Below, piece after piece: positions 11,510 through 22,455 of a stretch of DNA of 39,443 nt; position 1 is the stretch's first letter; each line of letters begins with the position of its first letter. The stretch covers positions 81,306,799 through 81,346,241 of the forward strand of contig NC_068989.1 in assembly GCF_001194135.2 (NCBI RefSeq), in the 5' to 3' direction. Under the pieces are notes generated by a model, which was not told the origin of the DNA, ran no database searches, and was given only the letters and a program-made list of their open reading frames with translations. This DNA comes from Octopus bimaculoides (lineage: Eukaryota). The position numbers and the translations under genes are program-made.

Positions 11510-11934
11510 CAACAACAACAACATGCGCCATTTATAAATATGTAAGTAACACTGCAAAATGACTGGCCAATAAAAATTTCATTTATAACACCATCCCCAT
11601 CTTGTTGAAAGGATATATGTTCTGTATTATATGCCCCTCCCCTCATATTCGTCATTGTTAATCCCAATCCTGTCAACATCGACCTCAAACTCGTCATTAT
11701 CAGCTTCAATTTTGGGTCTATCTCAATTCCTTTGACATCAAACGTAAATGTCATCATTGTCGGATAGTGTGAATTCTTTTTAGGACATTGACATAAAGTC
11801 ACAGAATGTGAAAGGAAAAGTTGCGATCCCAGTGCCAATATTGCAGTTTTATGTGTCAAAAGTGAAACAACATCTCTCTATTGTCATGTCAGATATTTTC
11901 ACTTTAATATTGAAACTATTAAAGTGAAACTATT

Positions 11935-13060
11935 ATCTCATATATATCAAGATGAGAATGTGTGTCTGTCTGTCTGTATGTCTATCTCTCTGAGTGTGTG
12001 AATTCCTAAACTCGACAACTACCCAACCGATTTCATTCAAATTTTACACATGCCTTACTTACGGTCCGTGCAACGTCATGGGCCAAAATAATTTTCAACC
12101 TCTTGCCTAATGCGAGACCGCAGTAAAAGATGTATGTCTATGTGAGAGTGTGAATGCGACATATAAGAACATAATCAAAGACAGGCCGTCGTACAAAGAA
12201 AAGTATGTATGTGAGTGATACATGTATGTGTATGTGTGTTATTACAGCAGATGGAAAGAGAGTCAATAACACATGAGCAATTATACCAGTTCTTTAGTAC
12301 ACAATAGTATGAGTCTGTATGTGAAAGAAGTGAGTTGAGGCTGTGTGTGGCAGAGCTGATCACTAGTTGTGATGTCGTGGCATCCATGCCGGGCCGTGAT
12401 TCTTGTTATACAGATGTTCGTCGTTCGTCGTTTGGCAGAGCTTATCACTAGTTGTGTTTTGGCTTCGATGCCAGGGCCTTGAGGACAGACGTTTATCGCA
12501 GGCTGAAATCTCTTGTCTGTTTATTATCGTGGTGAAGCTAAGTCACCTAACAGAATCGAAGAGAGAGATGTGCCGCGGTGGTTTAGNNNNNNNNNNNNNN
12601 NNNNNNNNNNNNNNNNNNNNNNNNNNNNNNNNNNNNNNNNNNNNNNNNNNNNNNNNNNNNNNNNNNNNNNNNNNNNNNNNNNNNNNNNNNNNNNNNNNNN
12701 NNNNNNNNNNNNNNNNNNNNNNNNNNNNNNNNNNNNNNNNNNNNNNNNNNNNNNNNNNNNNNNNNNNNNNNNNNNNNNNNNNNNNNNNNNNNNNNNNNNT
12801 TAGGGGCCGTGATTGGTCAGTTTGCGTTCTGGCGGGAACGGTTCGAAGAAGTTGCCGCTTCGAATATTAATCAGTCACGTGATGACAAGGAGATGGGTTC
12901 TCTGCTACGCTCGCGTGTGTTTATATTTAAATGAGAAGAATGGCGATAGCAGTTTTGTATCTAATGGCGATAGGTAGTTTTGTATGTAATGGCGATCGAG
13001 GTGTTAGTTTCACTACACATGCATACATACATATTCGTCATAAACACTCTACCACTCCTA
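11935..13060. mobile_element. Probable Helitron/Helentron-type non-autonomous element (DINE/HINE-like) spanning a gap
   Basis: The terminus tatatatcaagatgagaatgtgtgtctgtctgtctg...aaccgatttcattcaaattttacaca resembles HINE/DINE-1 ends. The interior is CpG-rich with short tandem units (ctagttgtg; atggcgat x3). The right boundary is uncertain. Confidence 0.45.
12587..12799. other. Assembly gap (other gaps: 20548-20880, 28926-29772, 32769-33444, 34726-34928)
   Basis: Runs of N. Confidence 1.
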
Positions 13061-14181
13061 CTAATAACCACTTCACCAACGACACCCCGCCAGCACTGGA
13101 GTTCCCATATCATGTGATTTTGGTCTGTTGGACCTCCTGAGTAGGAAGCACTGGTCACTTTATACCAGTCAGATCTTGCTGCTATGATATATAGAATTTT
13201 AGGATCTTTTCAGATGCTGATGTCACAAATAGCAAGTATGCCTGTTAAAATTTAATTATTAGCCAAAGGAGCAGTATTAATACCAAAGGCAATCTTTATA
13301 TCCCACTTAACATGGATGCCTTATTAGAACCTCTTATTTAGGTACTTGGTGCATAAAGGCACACATATAGTTCATATCAGACAGCATTCGTTTGTCATAG
13401 GTGGAGGTCAGGAAAAGTCTTGACTGTGGAGAGTTCTTAATAGCTGCAAAATAAACCGGTAGACCTCAAGATAAGACAGAAAGGGAGCTCATAGTGTTAA
13501 TATGACATAGCTTGATATATAAATGAATAAAGTCACAGGTGAAAACCTTGGAAATGATATAAAATGCCTTTCTATCATTAATTTTATAGTTCCAAACACG
13601 ATTACATTCTAAACTGTTAATTCATGATCACAGTTACAACTGTGTATATCGGTATTTCATTACATGCCAAATCACAGCCGATCAATGAACTAGCAAAGAA
13701 CATACATTATGTAGGTGTGTTCAATAATGTTCACAACACTTGTGCTGCTTCTAATTCCTATGGGTGCATCATTTGGGCATACCAGCAGATGGTGTTTACA
13801 CCATTTCATATATAGTCATGAACAAGCTATTCAATTTGGCTCCGGTTCAGTTCAGGTACCTGATGTTGACAAGCCACAAAAATAGTGAAGCATTGCTGTC
13901 CATCACTCCTAAATGGGATTTGGGGTGAGGCCTCTCTATGACTATAACACCTGGCACTTTAAAAGGATCACCTCCAGTGCATCAAGTCACACCTGACTGA
14001 GGAATCAGCAAAGCACATACACTGTGTATGTGTGTTCGATAATATTTATATAATGATGATGATTATATATATAGTGAGTTCAGAAAAGAAAAATGAGAAA
14101 AAAAAAACAACAAAAAACAACAATGCAAGGACGTGATACAGATATTGTGTTACTGGACGCTCAGGAAAGGAAAGAAAGAGA

Positions 14182-14216
14182 ATTTGACGTTTTGAGTGGA
14201 GCTTTTCATCGGAAAT
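14182..14216 (-). ncRNA. Degenerate minimal type-I hammerhead ribozyme-like motif in a Penelope-LTR-like repeat
   Basis: Minus strand reads attt-CCGATGA-A-aagc-tcc-actc-AAA-ACGT-C-aaat. The HHR core order is present, with a palindromic ACGT and a GUC cleavage triplet. Three G>A changes and a U4>C variant separate it from canonical. Confidence 0.45.
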
Positions 14217-14605
14217 ATAGGAAAGTCCAAAGAAGGGAAGACGGAGGAAGAAAAAATTGCCAACAATATACACGAGGTTACATTATATATATATATAATA
14301 CACACGCACACATGATATATATAATCCATTTATGTTTGAACTTTGGAGTTTGGTTTATGTAGCCTGTTCATAGGTTTTACCGATAATATATCTCAAAATC
14401 TGTAAATAACTGTAAAGTTTGTATAAATATTGACAAGGCAAATGGAGTGGGCATTATGTCTTATCAGATAATTTTACAATTGCTTCATCAATACTTTAAT
14501 CAAAAGAGTATTGCTATCACCCTCCTCCTCATCATCATAATCATCATCATTTAATGTCTGTTGTCCATGCTGGCATGGGTTTTATTGACGTAACCCCTTC
14601 CCTTC

Positions 14606-14711
14606 GCTCTTAACCACTACGCCATATGCCCGTGGGCATATGGCATAGTGGTTAAGAGCATGGGCTATTAACCCCAAGATTCCGAGTTCAATTCCAGGCA
14701 GTGACCTGAAC

Positions 14712-14743
<32 letters not shown>

Positions 14744-14890
14744 TAATAACATCGAAAAATACCTTAGGAATGAGAACCCAGGTTCGAAATTTCCCCAAGA
14801 CATCTGATGAAGGCTGGAGGGTATATCAGCCGAAACATTGTGTTAACAACAAACAAGATGAGGATAAATATCCGTCGAATGTAAATATTG
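14606..14890 (+). mobile_element. Chimeric SINE: tRNA head, (AAT)n linker and hammerhead-containing tail, with an inverted 5' duplication
   Basis: A box TGGCATAGTGG (14641), B box GAGTTCAATTCC (14684), (AAT)n and the HHR core at 14799-14844. There is a 26-bp inverted copy of the head at 14606-14631. Confidence 0.8.
14799..14844 (+). ncRNA. Minimal type-I hammerhead ribozyme-like motif
   Basis: gacat-CTGATGA-a-GGCTG-gagggtatat-CAGCC-GAA-ACAT-T-gtgtt. The core is intact, stem II is a perfect 5 bp, and stem I pairs gacat with gtgtt including G.U pairs. Confidence 0.6.
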
Positions 14891-14892
14891 TA

Positions 14893-14926
<34 letters not shown>

Positions 14927-14928
<2 letters not shown>

Positions 14929-15454
14929 GGTGGGAAACTGGCAGAATCGTTAGCATGCCGGAAAAATGCTTAGTAGCATTTTGTCTATCCTTACCATCTG
15001 AGTTCAAATTCCACTGAGGTTGACTTTGCCTTTTATCCTTTCATCACACTAGGGTCCATGTAATCAATTTACCCCCTCCCCACAATTTCAGTCCTTGTGC
15101 CTATAGTAGAAAGGATTGTGAAAGATTATGCTATTTAGGATATCTACATACCTGAATTTTGGCTTTTGGAAATTTAATCCTTGGACCTCTGCAGTGTAGA
15201 CTACCTGGTAAAAATTCAAGTCTGTCATGTTATATATTCTTTTCTACTCTAGGCACAAGGCCTGAAATTTTCAGGGATGGGGCCAGTCAATTAGATTTAC
15301 CCCAGTAAGCAACTGGTACTTAATTTATCAACCCCAAAAGGATGAAAGGCAAAGTTGACCTCAGTGGAATTTGAACACAGAACATAAAGACAGACGAAAT
15401 ACTGCTAAGCATTTCGTCCCGTGTGTTAACGTTTCTGCCAGCTCGCTGCCTTCA
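14927..15454. mobile_element. Two family A SINEs (+ 14927-15117; - 15238-15454)
   Basis: Homologous to 1255-1466. The second copy has TSD tca(t/c)gttatatat. Confidence 0.85.
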
Positions 15455-15582
15455 TCACGTTATATATCTGTCAACATACTGGTCTTGTTTTGTGACAAAA
15501 ACAGCACATGGTGCAAAAATATTTATGAACAAAACATTCAAACACTAAAGTTTGAAAGATGTTACTACTGTTAATATCATCT

Positions 15583-16105
15583 CATCATCATCATCATCAT
15601 CATCATCGTTTAACGTCCGCTTTCCATGCTAGCATGGGTTGGACGATTTGACTGAGGACTGGTGAAACCAGATGGCTACACCAAGCTCCAATCTGATTTG
15701 GCAGAGTTTCTACAGCTGGATGCCCTTCCTAACGCCAACCACTCAGAGAGTGTAGTGGGTGCTTTTACGTGTCACCCACACAAAAGCCAGTCAGGCGGTA
15801 CTGGCAACGGCTACGTTCAAAATGGTGTATTTTATGTGCCACCCACACAAGAGCCAGTCCAGGAACACTGGCAACGATCTCGCTCGAAAATCCTTACACA
15901 TGTCACGGGCACAAGTACCAGAAAGGCGACGCTGGGCACAGGTGCCATCCCGATTTCGCTTTCGCTTGCCTCAATAAGTCTTCGCAAGCTGAGTTTTGTG
16001 TCCAATGAAGGAGATGACGTTGGCATTGGTGCCAGTCGTCGAATCTAGTTCGACTTTGATTTCACTTGCCTCAAAAAGTCTTCGCAAGCGGAGTTTAGTG
16101 TCCAG
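15583..16105 (-). mobile_element. RTE-tail modular repeat
   Basis: (CAT)n followed by cgtttaacgtccgctttccatgctagcatgggttggacg..., the reverse complement of the 7288-7762 family. Confidence 0.9.
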
Positions 16106-16185
16106 TGGATAAAATTTAAATTTGATGGTATCAACAGTAGTAATATAGGTGGTTCACAGGCAAATAGCTTTATTAAGCTATAATA

Positions 16186-16570
16186 TACAAATTAGCATGA
16201 AGCATAAGGATGCAGAAAAGCATCAGCCTGCTAGAAATAAGAGCTAAAGTCTTGATTAAACCACTGTAAAGCACCAAGATAACAGAGAAATAACAGTAAG
16301 CAAAGAAATGGAAAGAATTAATATATTAAAAAACACAACCATGAAAGATTATGCTAATTAGGATATTTACATACCTGAAATTCTGGTGTGTAGGTACCCT
16401 AAATAGCATAATCTTTCATAGGTATGTTTTTGAATATATTCTTTCCATTTCTTCGCTTACTGTTATTTCTCCGTTATCTTGGTGCTTTACTGTGGTTTAA
16501 TTAAGACTTTAGCTCTTATTTCTAGCAGGCTGATGCTTTTCTGCATCCTTATGCTTCATGCTATTTTGTA
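16186..16570. repeat. About 385-bp near-spacerless palindrome (foldback)
   Basis: Arms of about 190 bp, roughly 90% identical by eye (e.g. gcatgaagcataaggatgcagaaaagcatcagcctgctagaaataagagc and its exact reverse complement). TA flanks both ends. Confidence 0.95.
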
Positions 16571-16879
16571 TAATGGATTGGTCGCTGTTTAGTTACATAT
16601 TTAGGAGTGGTTGTAATTTACTTATTGAATTTATTTACTGATACAGTTGTACATGGGGTAAATGTGTTTGAAAGTTGTGGTTTCTTTGGTATGTTTGTTC
16701 CCAAACAACACTTCTTTTAGTGTTGTTGACACTGCCAAATTGAATGGTACTGCCCAGGTGTTGAAACCATAATGATATCCATGGAGCAGCTGGTGATGGA
16801 GGTATGTTGGATTGTTGGTGTGGCTGTTTTTGTATATGTGGAATAGTATTATAACACATCCTTTTCATATATGTATGTA

Positions 16880-17175
16880 TATATATACTACAGCCTCAAG
16901 CCCACCAAAGCCTTGTGAGTTGATTTTGTACACGGAAACTGAAAGAAGACTGTTGTACATATGTGAATATTTGTGTGTGTGTGTCTGTGTTTGTACCCCC
17001 ACCACCACTTGACAACCAATGTTGCTGTGTTTACATCCCCGTAACTTAGCAGTTCAGCAAAAGAAACCAATAGAATAAGTACTAGGCTTACAAAAAATAA
17101 ATCTGAGGTTGATTTCTTCAACTAAAGTCGGTGCTCCAGCATGGCTGAAGTTACATGACTGAAACAAGTAAAACA
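16880..17175. mobile_element. SINE B tail (+) and SINE C (-) fragments
   Basis: ccaaagccttgtgagt...ggaaactgaaagaagac, then the reverse complement of family C. Confidence 0.75.
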
Positions 17176-17224
17176 ATAAAAAACTATGCCATTTTAATTC
17201 TGAGCCATGCCAGGTATCTTTGCT

Positions 17225-17269
<45 letters not shown>

Positions 17270-18754
17270 TTGAGATACATTCTTTTCCAGTTTGAAAATA
17301 TCTTGATTGAAATTTCTCCCCAGTTCTCCCTCTCCCCGCTATAATTCCTCCCCATAGATTTGAAATTCCTGCTCAGGAAAACATATGCCATCTGTTTGAG
17401 ACTCACTGAAAGGTTGCTTAATATGTTACATTTGTCAACATTCTAGTAATTTAAAAGCCATCAGATTTTCTTGATGGACCCTGATAATGCTTACTGATAA
17501 ACCCTGTCAGCAAGTCCCATGCTGATATATGCTCAGTATGGTTACCTTTATTGAACTTAAAAATCTAACATCAGTGATCTAGTAGATAAGAACATTATCT
17601 GCCTTAGTTTAGAAGTAAATGCTCCCTGTTTGAATTCAATCGGTACTCTCTACACATTCATGAAAAACATCTAATGATAACTGGTAGAAATAGTAGAGAT
17701 GGAACTATTAAAACATTTTCCCTTTTTAAATCCTAAAGCTAACAGTCCAAAAATTAATTATCCTATAAATCCATATTATCTATTTATTTATTTTCCCTTA
17801 CTTCATCTATACTAATCTAACCTTTGTAGAAACCAAACATTTCAACAGGCTGAATTACCAACATCAACTAATCTCTTGTCACTTTTGTACCCATGACTGA
17901 TTCAGTGAATGCTATGATTATAACATTCTCAATATATTTCTCACCTTCAAAGCCAGTCACTATTCAGGTGTAATGATTTTGTGATTTTTTTGGAATCTAC
18001 AGAATTCATTAGCCATTGCTTTGTTACTATATTTCACTCTATGATTAACAACTCTGTGAGAAAGAGGCAAGTTATTTATATTGACTAAACTGCTCAGGTC
18101 TTTGCAATTTCTGTATGAACTATCGATCCATATCAGTAATATTTAATCACCTGGTATGGTGTATCTATGTTGTGAACATATTTCTCCATTGACCCACTTA
18201 AGACAGCTAAACAAGTCAAGTGGAAGACATAATCCAGTTGACTCATTTCCCAAAGTGTTCTGACAACTACTGTAAAAATCCATGTAATTTGCACACAGGT
18301 GATTTTCAGGATAAAAATTGCTAAAAAAAAAGTTTCTACTCCAGTAAAATTTGCACCCAAAAGTTTACAGAATTGCCGATATGGCCAGGGGGAAAAGGTT
18401 TTCAATTTAGGTGTATTTAGCATAATTTCACTTATGATTAGATTTTTTTAAATTAAAAAAATTTTTTTAAAATTTTCATTAAATAAAAATAATTTCTGTT
18501 TAACAGGTATCACATTAATAGCTAATAAATTACAAAGTGTTTGTGTTCTTTATAATAAACTTTATTTTATGTTTCTTACTCACAAGAGATTATGTTCGGT
18601 CTTTAGCATACTTCTGTATATCTTCTCAAATCATGATCACAGGAAAAGTTGTTGACAAGAATTATCAACAAAAACAAAGCTGATAAACATGCACATGTGT
18701 TGCAAATTAAGTTTAATTACCAATAAACATCAGCAACCAAGTAAAATATGTAAA

Positions 18755-19095
18755 ATATGACTGACTTGCACCCATGCCAGTGGCACGTACAAAGCACCAT
18801 TTGAGCATTGGGCCTCATGGAGGTGACCAAGACCCTTGGTGATACACTGTGCTTGTGTTGACCTGTCAAACCAAGTCGTGGCTGATGCTAGTATCAGGTC
18901 AATGGCACCCATGCTGGTGGCACATAAAAAGCACCCACTACACTCTCAGAGTGGTTGGTGTTAGGAAGGGCATCCAGCTGTAGAAACCTTGCCAAATCAG
19001 ATTGGAACCTGGTGCAGCCCCCAGGCTTACCAGTTTTCAGTCAAACCATCCAAACTAGCCAGCATGGAAAGCACACATTAAATTATGTTGATAAT
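18755..19095 (+). mobile_element. RTE-tail repeat
   Basis: gcacccactacactctcagagtggttggtgttaggaagggcatccagctg...gcatggaaagc. Confidence 0.85.
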
Positions 19096-19129
19096 GAATT
19101 GTAAGAATGTTAATAATATCCTTAATCAG

Positions 19130-19363
19130 TCCTTATTCAGGGACCTTTTGAGCATGATAGGTTCCTTGACCTAAAGAAAATTCTAACTGGGCTGCATCTG
19201 CAAGTTCAAGTGCTGTTTATCTTGATATGAGGTCACCATGTCACGCACATATGGTTGTGATGCATGTGCCTGTGTACCCTTAATAGATGGGTAGTCATGA
19301 TGCTTATATTGGGCTTTGTATATTTGTATCCCAACATCACTTTGATGTGCTGCTCTCTCACTC

Positions 19364-19390
<27 letters not shown>
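19130..19390 (+). mobile_element. SINE 3' portion with (AAT)n tail
   Basis: GC-richer body ending ctctctcactc(aat)n. The family is recognised from familiarity only. Confidence 0.55.
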
Positions 19391-19394
<4 letters not shown>

Positions 19395-19970
19395 TTTTTC
19401 TCTAAAAATAATTAGAATTACGCAAGTATCAGTAAAGAAAATATTTGAAGCAGGTGGCCGAGAAAAACAAAGTAATTTCTAAGCTCTACATTCTTTATCA
19501 AATATTCTGTCAAGTCTTCTCTTGGCATTTTTCCATGAATTTATTTATAAAGCAGTTTGTGTAACAGGAAACGTATCATTTAGATCCTTGTTACGTGCAA
19601 ATTAGTTTTCGTCTTCTAGGAAACTTAAATCTTTCTCTTTTACATACTTTCATGTGAATATCAAGAAATATCAAATTTTTGACTTTTCTCTGATTCTTTG
19701 TGTCATTTGATTCCTTTGAAGAATATGTACAAATTGTTTTTGGGTTCTGTCTGAACAGAATATATAAAATAAGTTCCAATCAATTAGTAAATAGATTATG
19801 AAAACGCTAATAATTGTGAATTGTGATCTTAGTAACACTTTTTGTATATTATATTCACTGCTCTAATCAAAAGATTAATTCCTTCATGTTGTTTTTGTCA
19901 AAATTGCATTTTTATAAAGATTCTTAAAACTAATAGAATTTTTCTTTTTCTCTTTTTTTGTATTTTTCAG

Positions 19971-20111
19971 GATGGATTTGTGGAATTCTATGAAAGTGGG
20001 CGTGACAATCAAACCGGAGATATTTGGCCATCATTAAGAAATTTCTGTGTTTTTGCAACAGGGGCGTTGGGATTCTTGACACTAGGGGCCTTTCTGGCTC
20101 AGAAGTCCTAG
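19971..20111 (+). CDS. Last coding exon of a Bcl-2 family (Mcl-1/Bcl-xL-like) apoptosis regulator: end of BH2 plus C-terminal membrane anchor
   Basis: Strong acceptor ttttctttttctctttttttgtatttttcag. Phase 0 reads DGFVEFYESGRDNQTGDIWPSLRNFCVFATGALGFLTLGAFLAQKS*. DGFVEF matches the start of vertebrate MCL1 exon 3 and the conserved GGW^D intron of BCL2/BCL2L1/MCL1, and a hydrophobic tail anchor with a basic residue follows. Confidence 0.9.
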   Translation, partial: DGFVEFYESGRDNQTGDIWPSLRNFCVFATGALGFLTLGAFLAQKS

Positions 20112-20502
20112 CATTGAGCTGTTTTCTTAGCTGAGTTTTAAGCTAAGCTCAGTTCAAGTCTAGTTCCAATTTTACTCTGGCTCAGATAAGCTCTGATCCA
20201 GATGAGAATCAAGTACCACAACAAAAAATTGATTTGAATCCAGCATGGTACACAGAAATATTAAAGCAAAATTACCCAGTCATTGTGTTTGATACAGTCT
20301 ACCAGTCCGGTGAGAGTATGCTGAAAACAACAACAACAACAAAATGGCAACATCCTCAGATTCCTTACATTTCTTCTCACTTTCCTGAGTATATGTGTCT
20401 GTCTGGAGTAGGGCTTGTGTGTGTGTGTCTCTATGTATATATATATATATATATGTTACATTATTAACTGTACATATCATATATAGTTATATATATGCAT
20501 AT

Positions 20503-20547
<45 letters not shown>

Positions 20548-22225
20548 NNNNNNNNNNNNNNNNNNNNNNNNNNNNNNNNNNNNNNNNNNNNNNNNNNNNN
20601 NNNNNNNNNNNNNNNNNNNNNNNNNNNNNNNNNNNNNNNNNNNNNNNNNNNNNNNNNNNNNNNNNNNNNNNNNNNNNNNNNNNNNNNNNNNNNNNNNNNN
20701 NNNNNNNNNNNNNNNNNNNNNNNNNNNNNNNNNNNNNNNNNNNNNNNNNNNNNNNNNNNNNNNNNNNNNNNNNNNNNNNNNNNNNNNNNNNNNNNNNNNN
20801 NNNNNNNNNNNNNNNNNNNNNNNNNNNNNNNNNNNNNNNNNNNNNNNNNNNNNNNNNNNNNNNNNNNNNNNNNNNNNNNNATATATAAATAAATAAAAAT
20901 ATATACACGTAAATATTTTGTTGTGTGTATATATATATCATAACATATATATTGTATGCATATTCTTCACACACACATATCATATATTACATCAAGGGAG
21001 AATTCTGGTACAGAAAAACCAGAGGATGCAGTCTTCAAAAATCAAGCTATATAATTGAATTAGGGTTTCTAGCTGTCTCATAAAAATGAACAACTTCACT
21101 TGAAATCTGATTTGTATTTGCATTCATAGATATATATGTGTGTGTATATAATATGTATTATATACATGCCAGTGCCATTAAGGCGAAGCTGGAAACTGGC
21201 ACTGGCATGTACATGCATATATATATATATATATATATATATTATGTGTATATCATAGATATATCATACAAGCACATATATGATATAAATACAAACACAC
21301 ACACACAAGCATATATACAGATTCTTAATAATTTTCCCATTTCTCTAATTCTTATAAAAGTTGGCATATTATTTCTCATTCTGTTTACTAAGTAAAATTT
21401 TTCTTGACGAAAAGATGCTTTTACTATTGTATGTAAGTGTAGATGATTTTCCCCTTCAATTAATTTCGGCACAAATTTAGAATACTAAATTTCCTGTAAT
21501 TTAAGAATCTCATCTAATTCTTTCTCCATTGTAATTTTGATTTCGTTATTGGTTTATTAAATAGATAAATTTGTAACACTATTCATACCTACACATTCTC
21601 TTATACACCTATACATTTCCCACTGTCACATTTGCAGGAACACACTCACACAGTATATTATTTTACTCAACATTTATTTTATATGCTCTTATAAACATTA
21701 TATTTAATTCTGTCAAGCCTAGCTAAATTCAAAATCTGTGTTTTCCCTGTCCTTTTTTTTTTTCTCCTGCTTACCATAATCAATAAAGGATTGATTTCTC
21801 ATATATCTTTAATGTAAGATAAGGTAAGATTATTTCTAATCTTATAGAATTATCAAACCAATAATGCAGTTATGCTGAGAAAGAAATTCCAAATTTAATA
21901 TTCCGACATTCTTTTAACGATAGACTTTATTTCCTTTTTGCAGTTATTTTCCTTAACTTATGTAATTTGTTTAATTTCAGAATGCTGCAGATTTTATGTA
22001 TTACTCAAATAGTTGTGTTATTAAAAGGAGTCAAAGAGTTGATCCTTCATCATATATGATATATGTAATGTTTTTTGAAGCTCCATGTATATAACAGACT
22101 GGTTGTTAATGTGTCAGTCCATCATAAGGATTCATGAATTTTGATTAATTTTAAACTCATTCTCATCAGCCAAGAGACCTGCTAACAATATATTATGCCA
22201 TTTGGTCCCCAAAGTGATCTTACAT

Positions 22226-22455
22226 TTAATTCTTTGGCATTCATATTACTCTGTCAAAAGTAGTGCTTATTTATTCACATTGTTTTGAATTAATCATGCA
22301 TTATTTTGTAGCTTTTGAAATTTTGATGAGTTAACTGTTTAATTTTTACAATGATATTATAGGGTTGGTGTGAGAGGCTGGTTCTAGCCAGTTTGGGCAC
22401 AAAACAGGTAGAATATTTTGGCGGGTTATGGCCAGTTTAAATGATAAAGGGTTAA
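22226..22455. mobile_element. piggyBac-like MITE
   Basis: TTAA at 22226-22229 and 22452-22455. Degenerate TIRs ttctttggcatt / aatgataaaggg. Confidence 0.5.
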
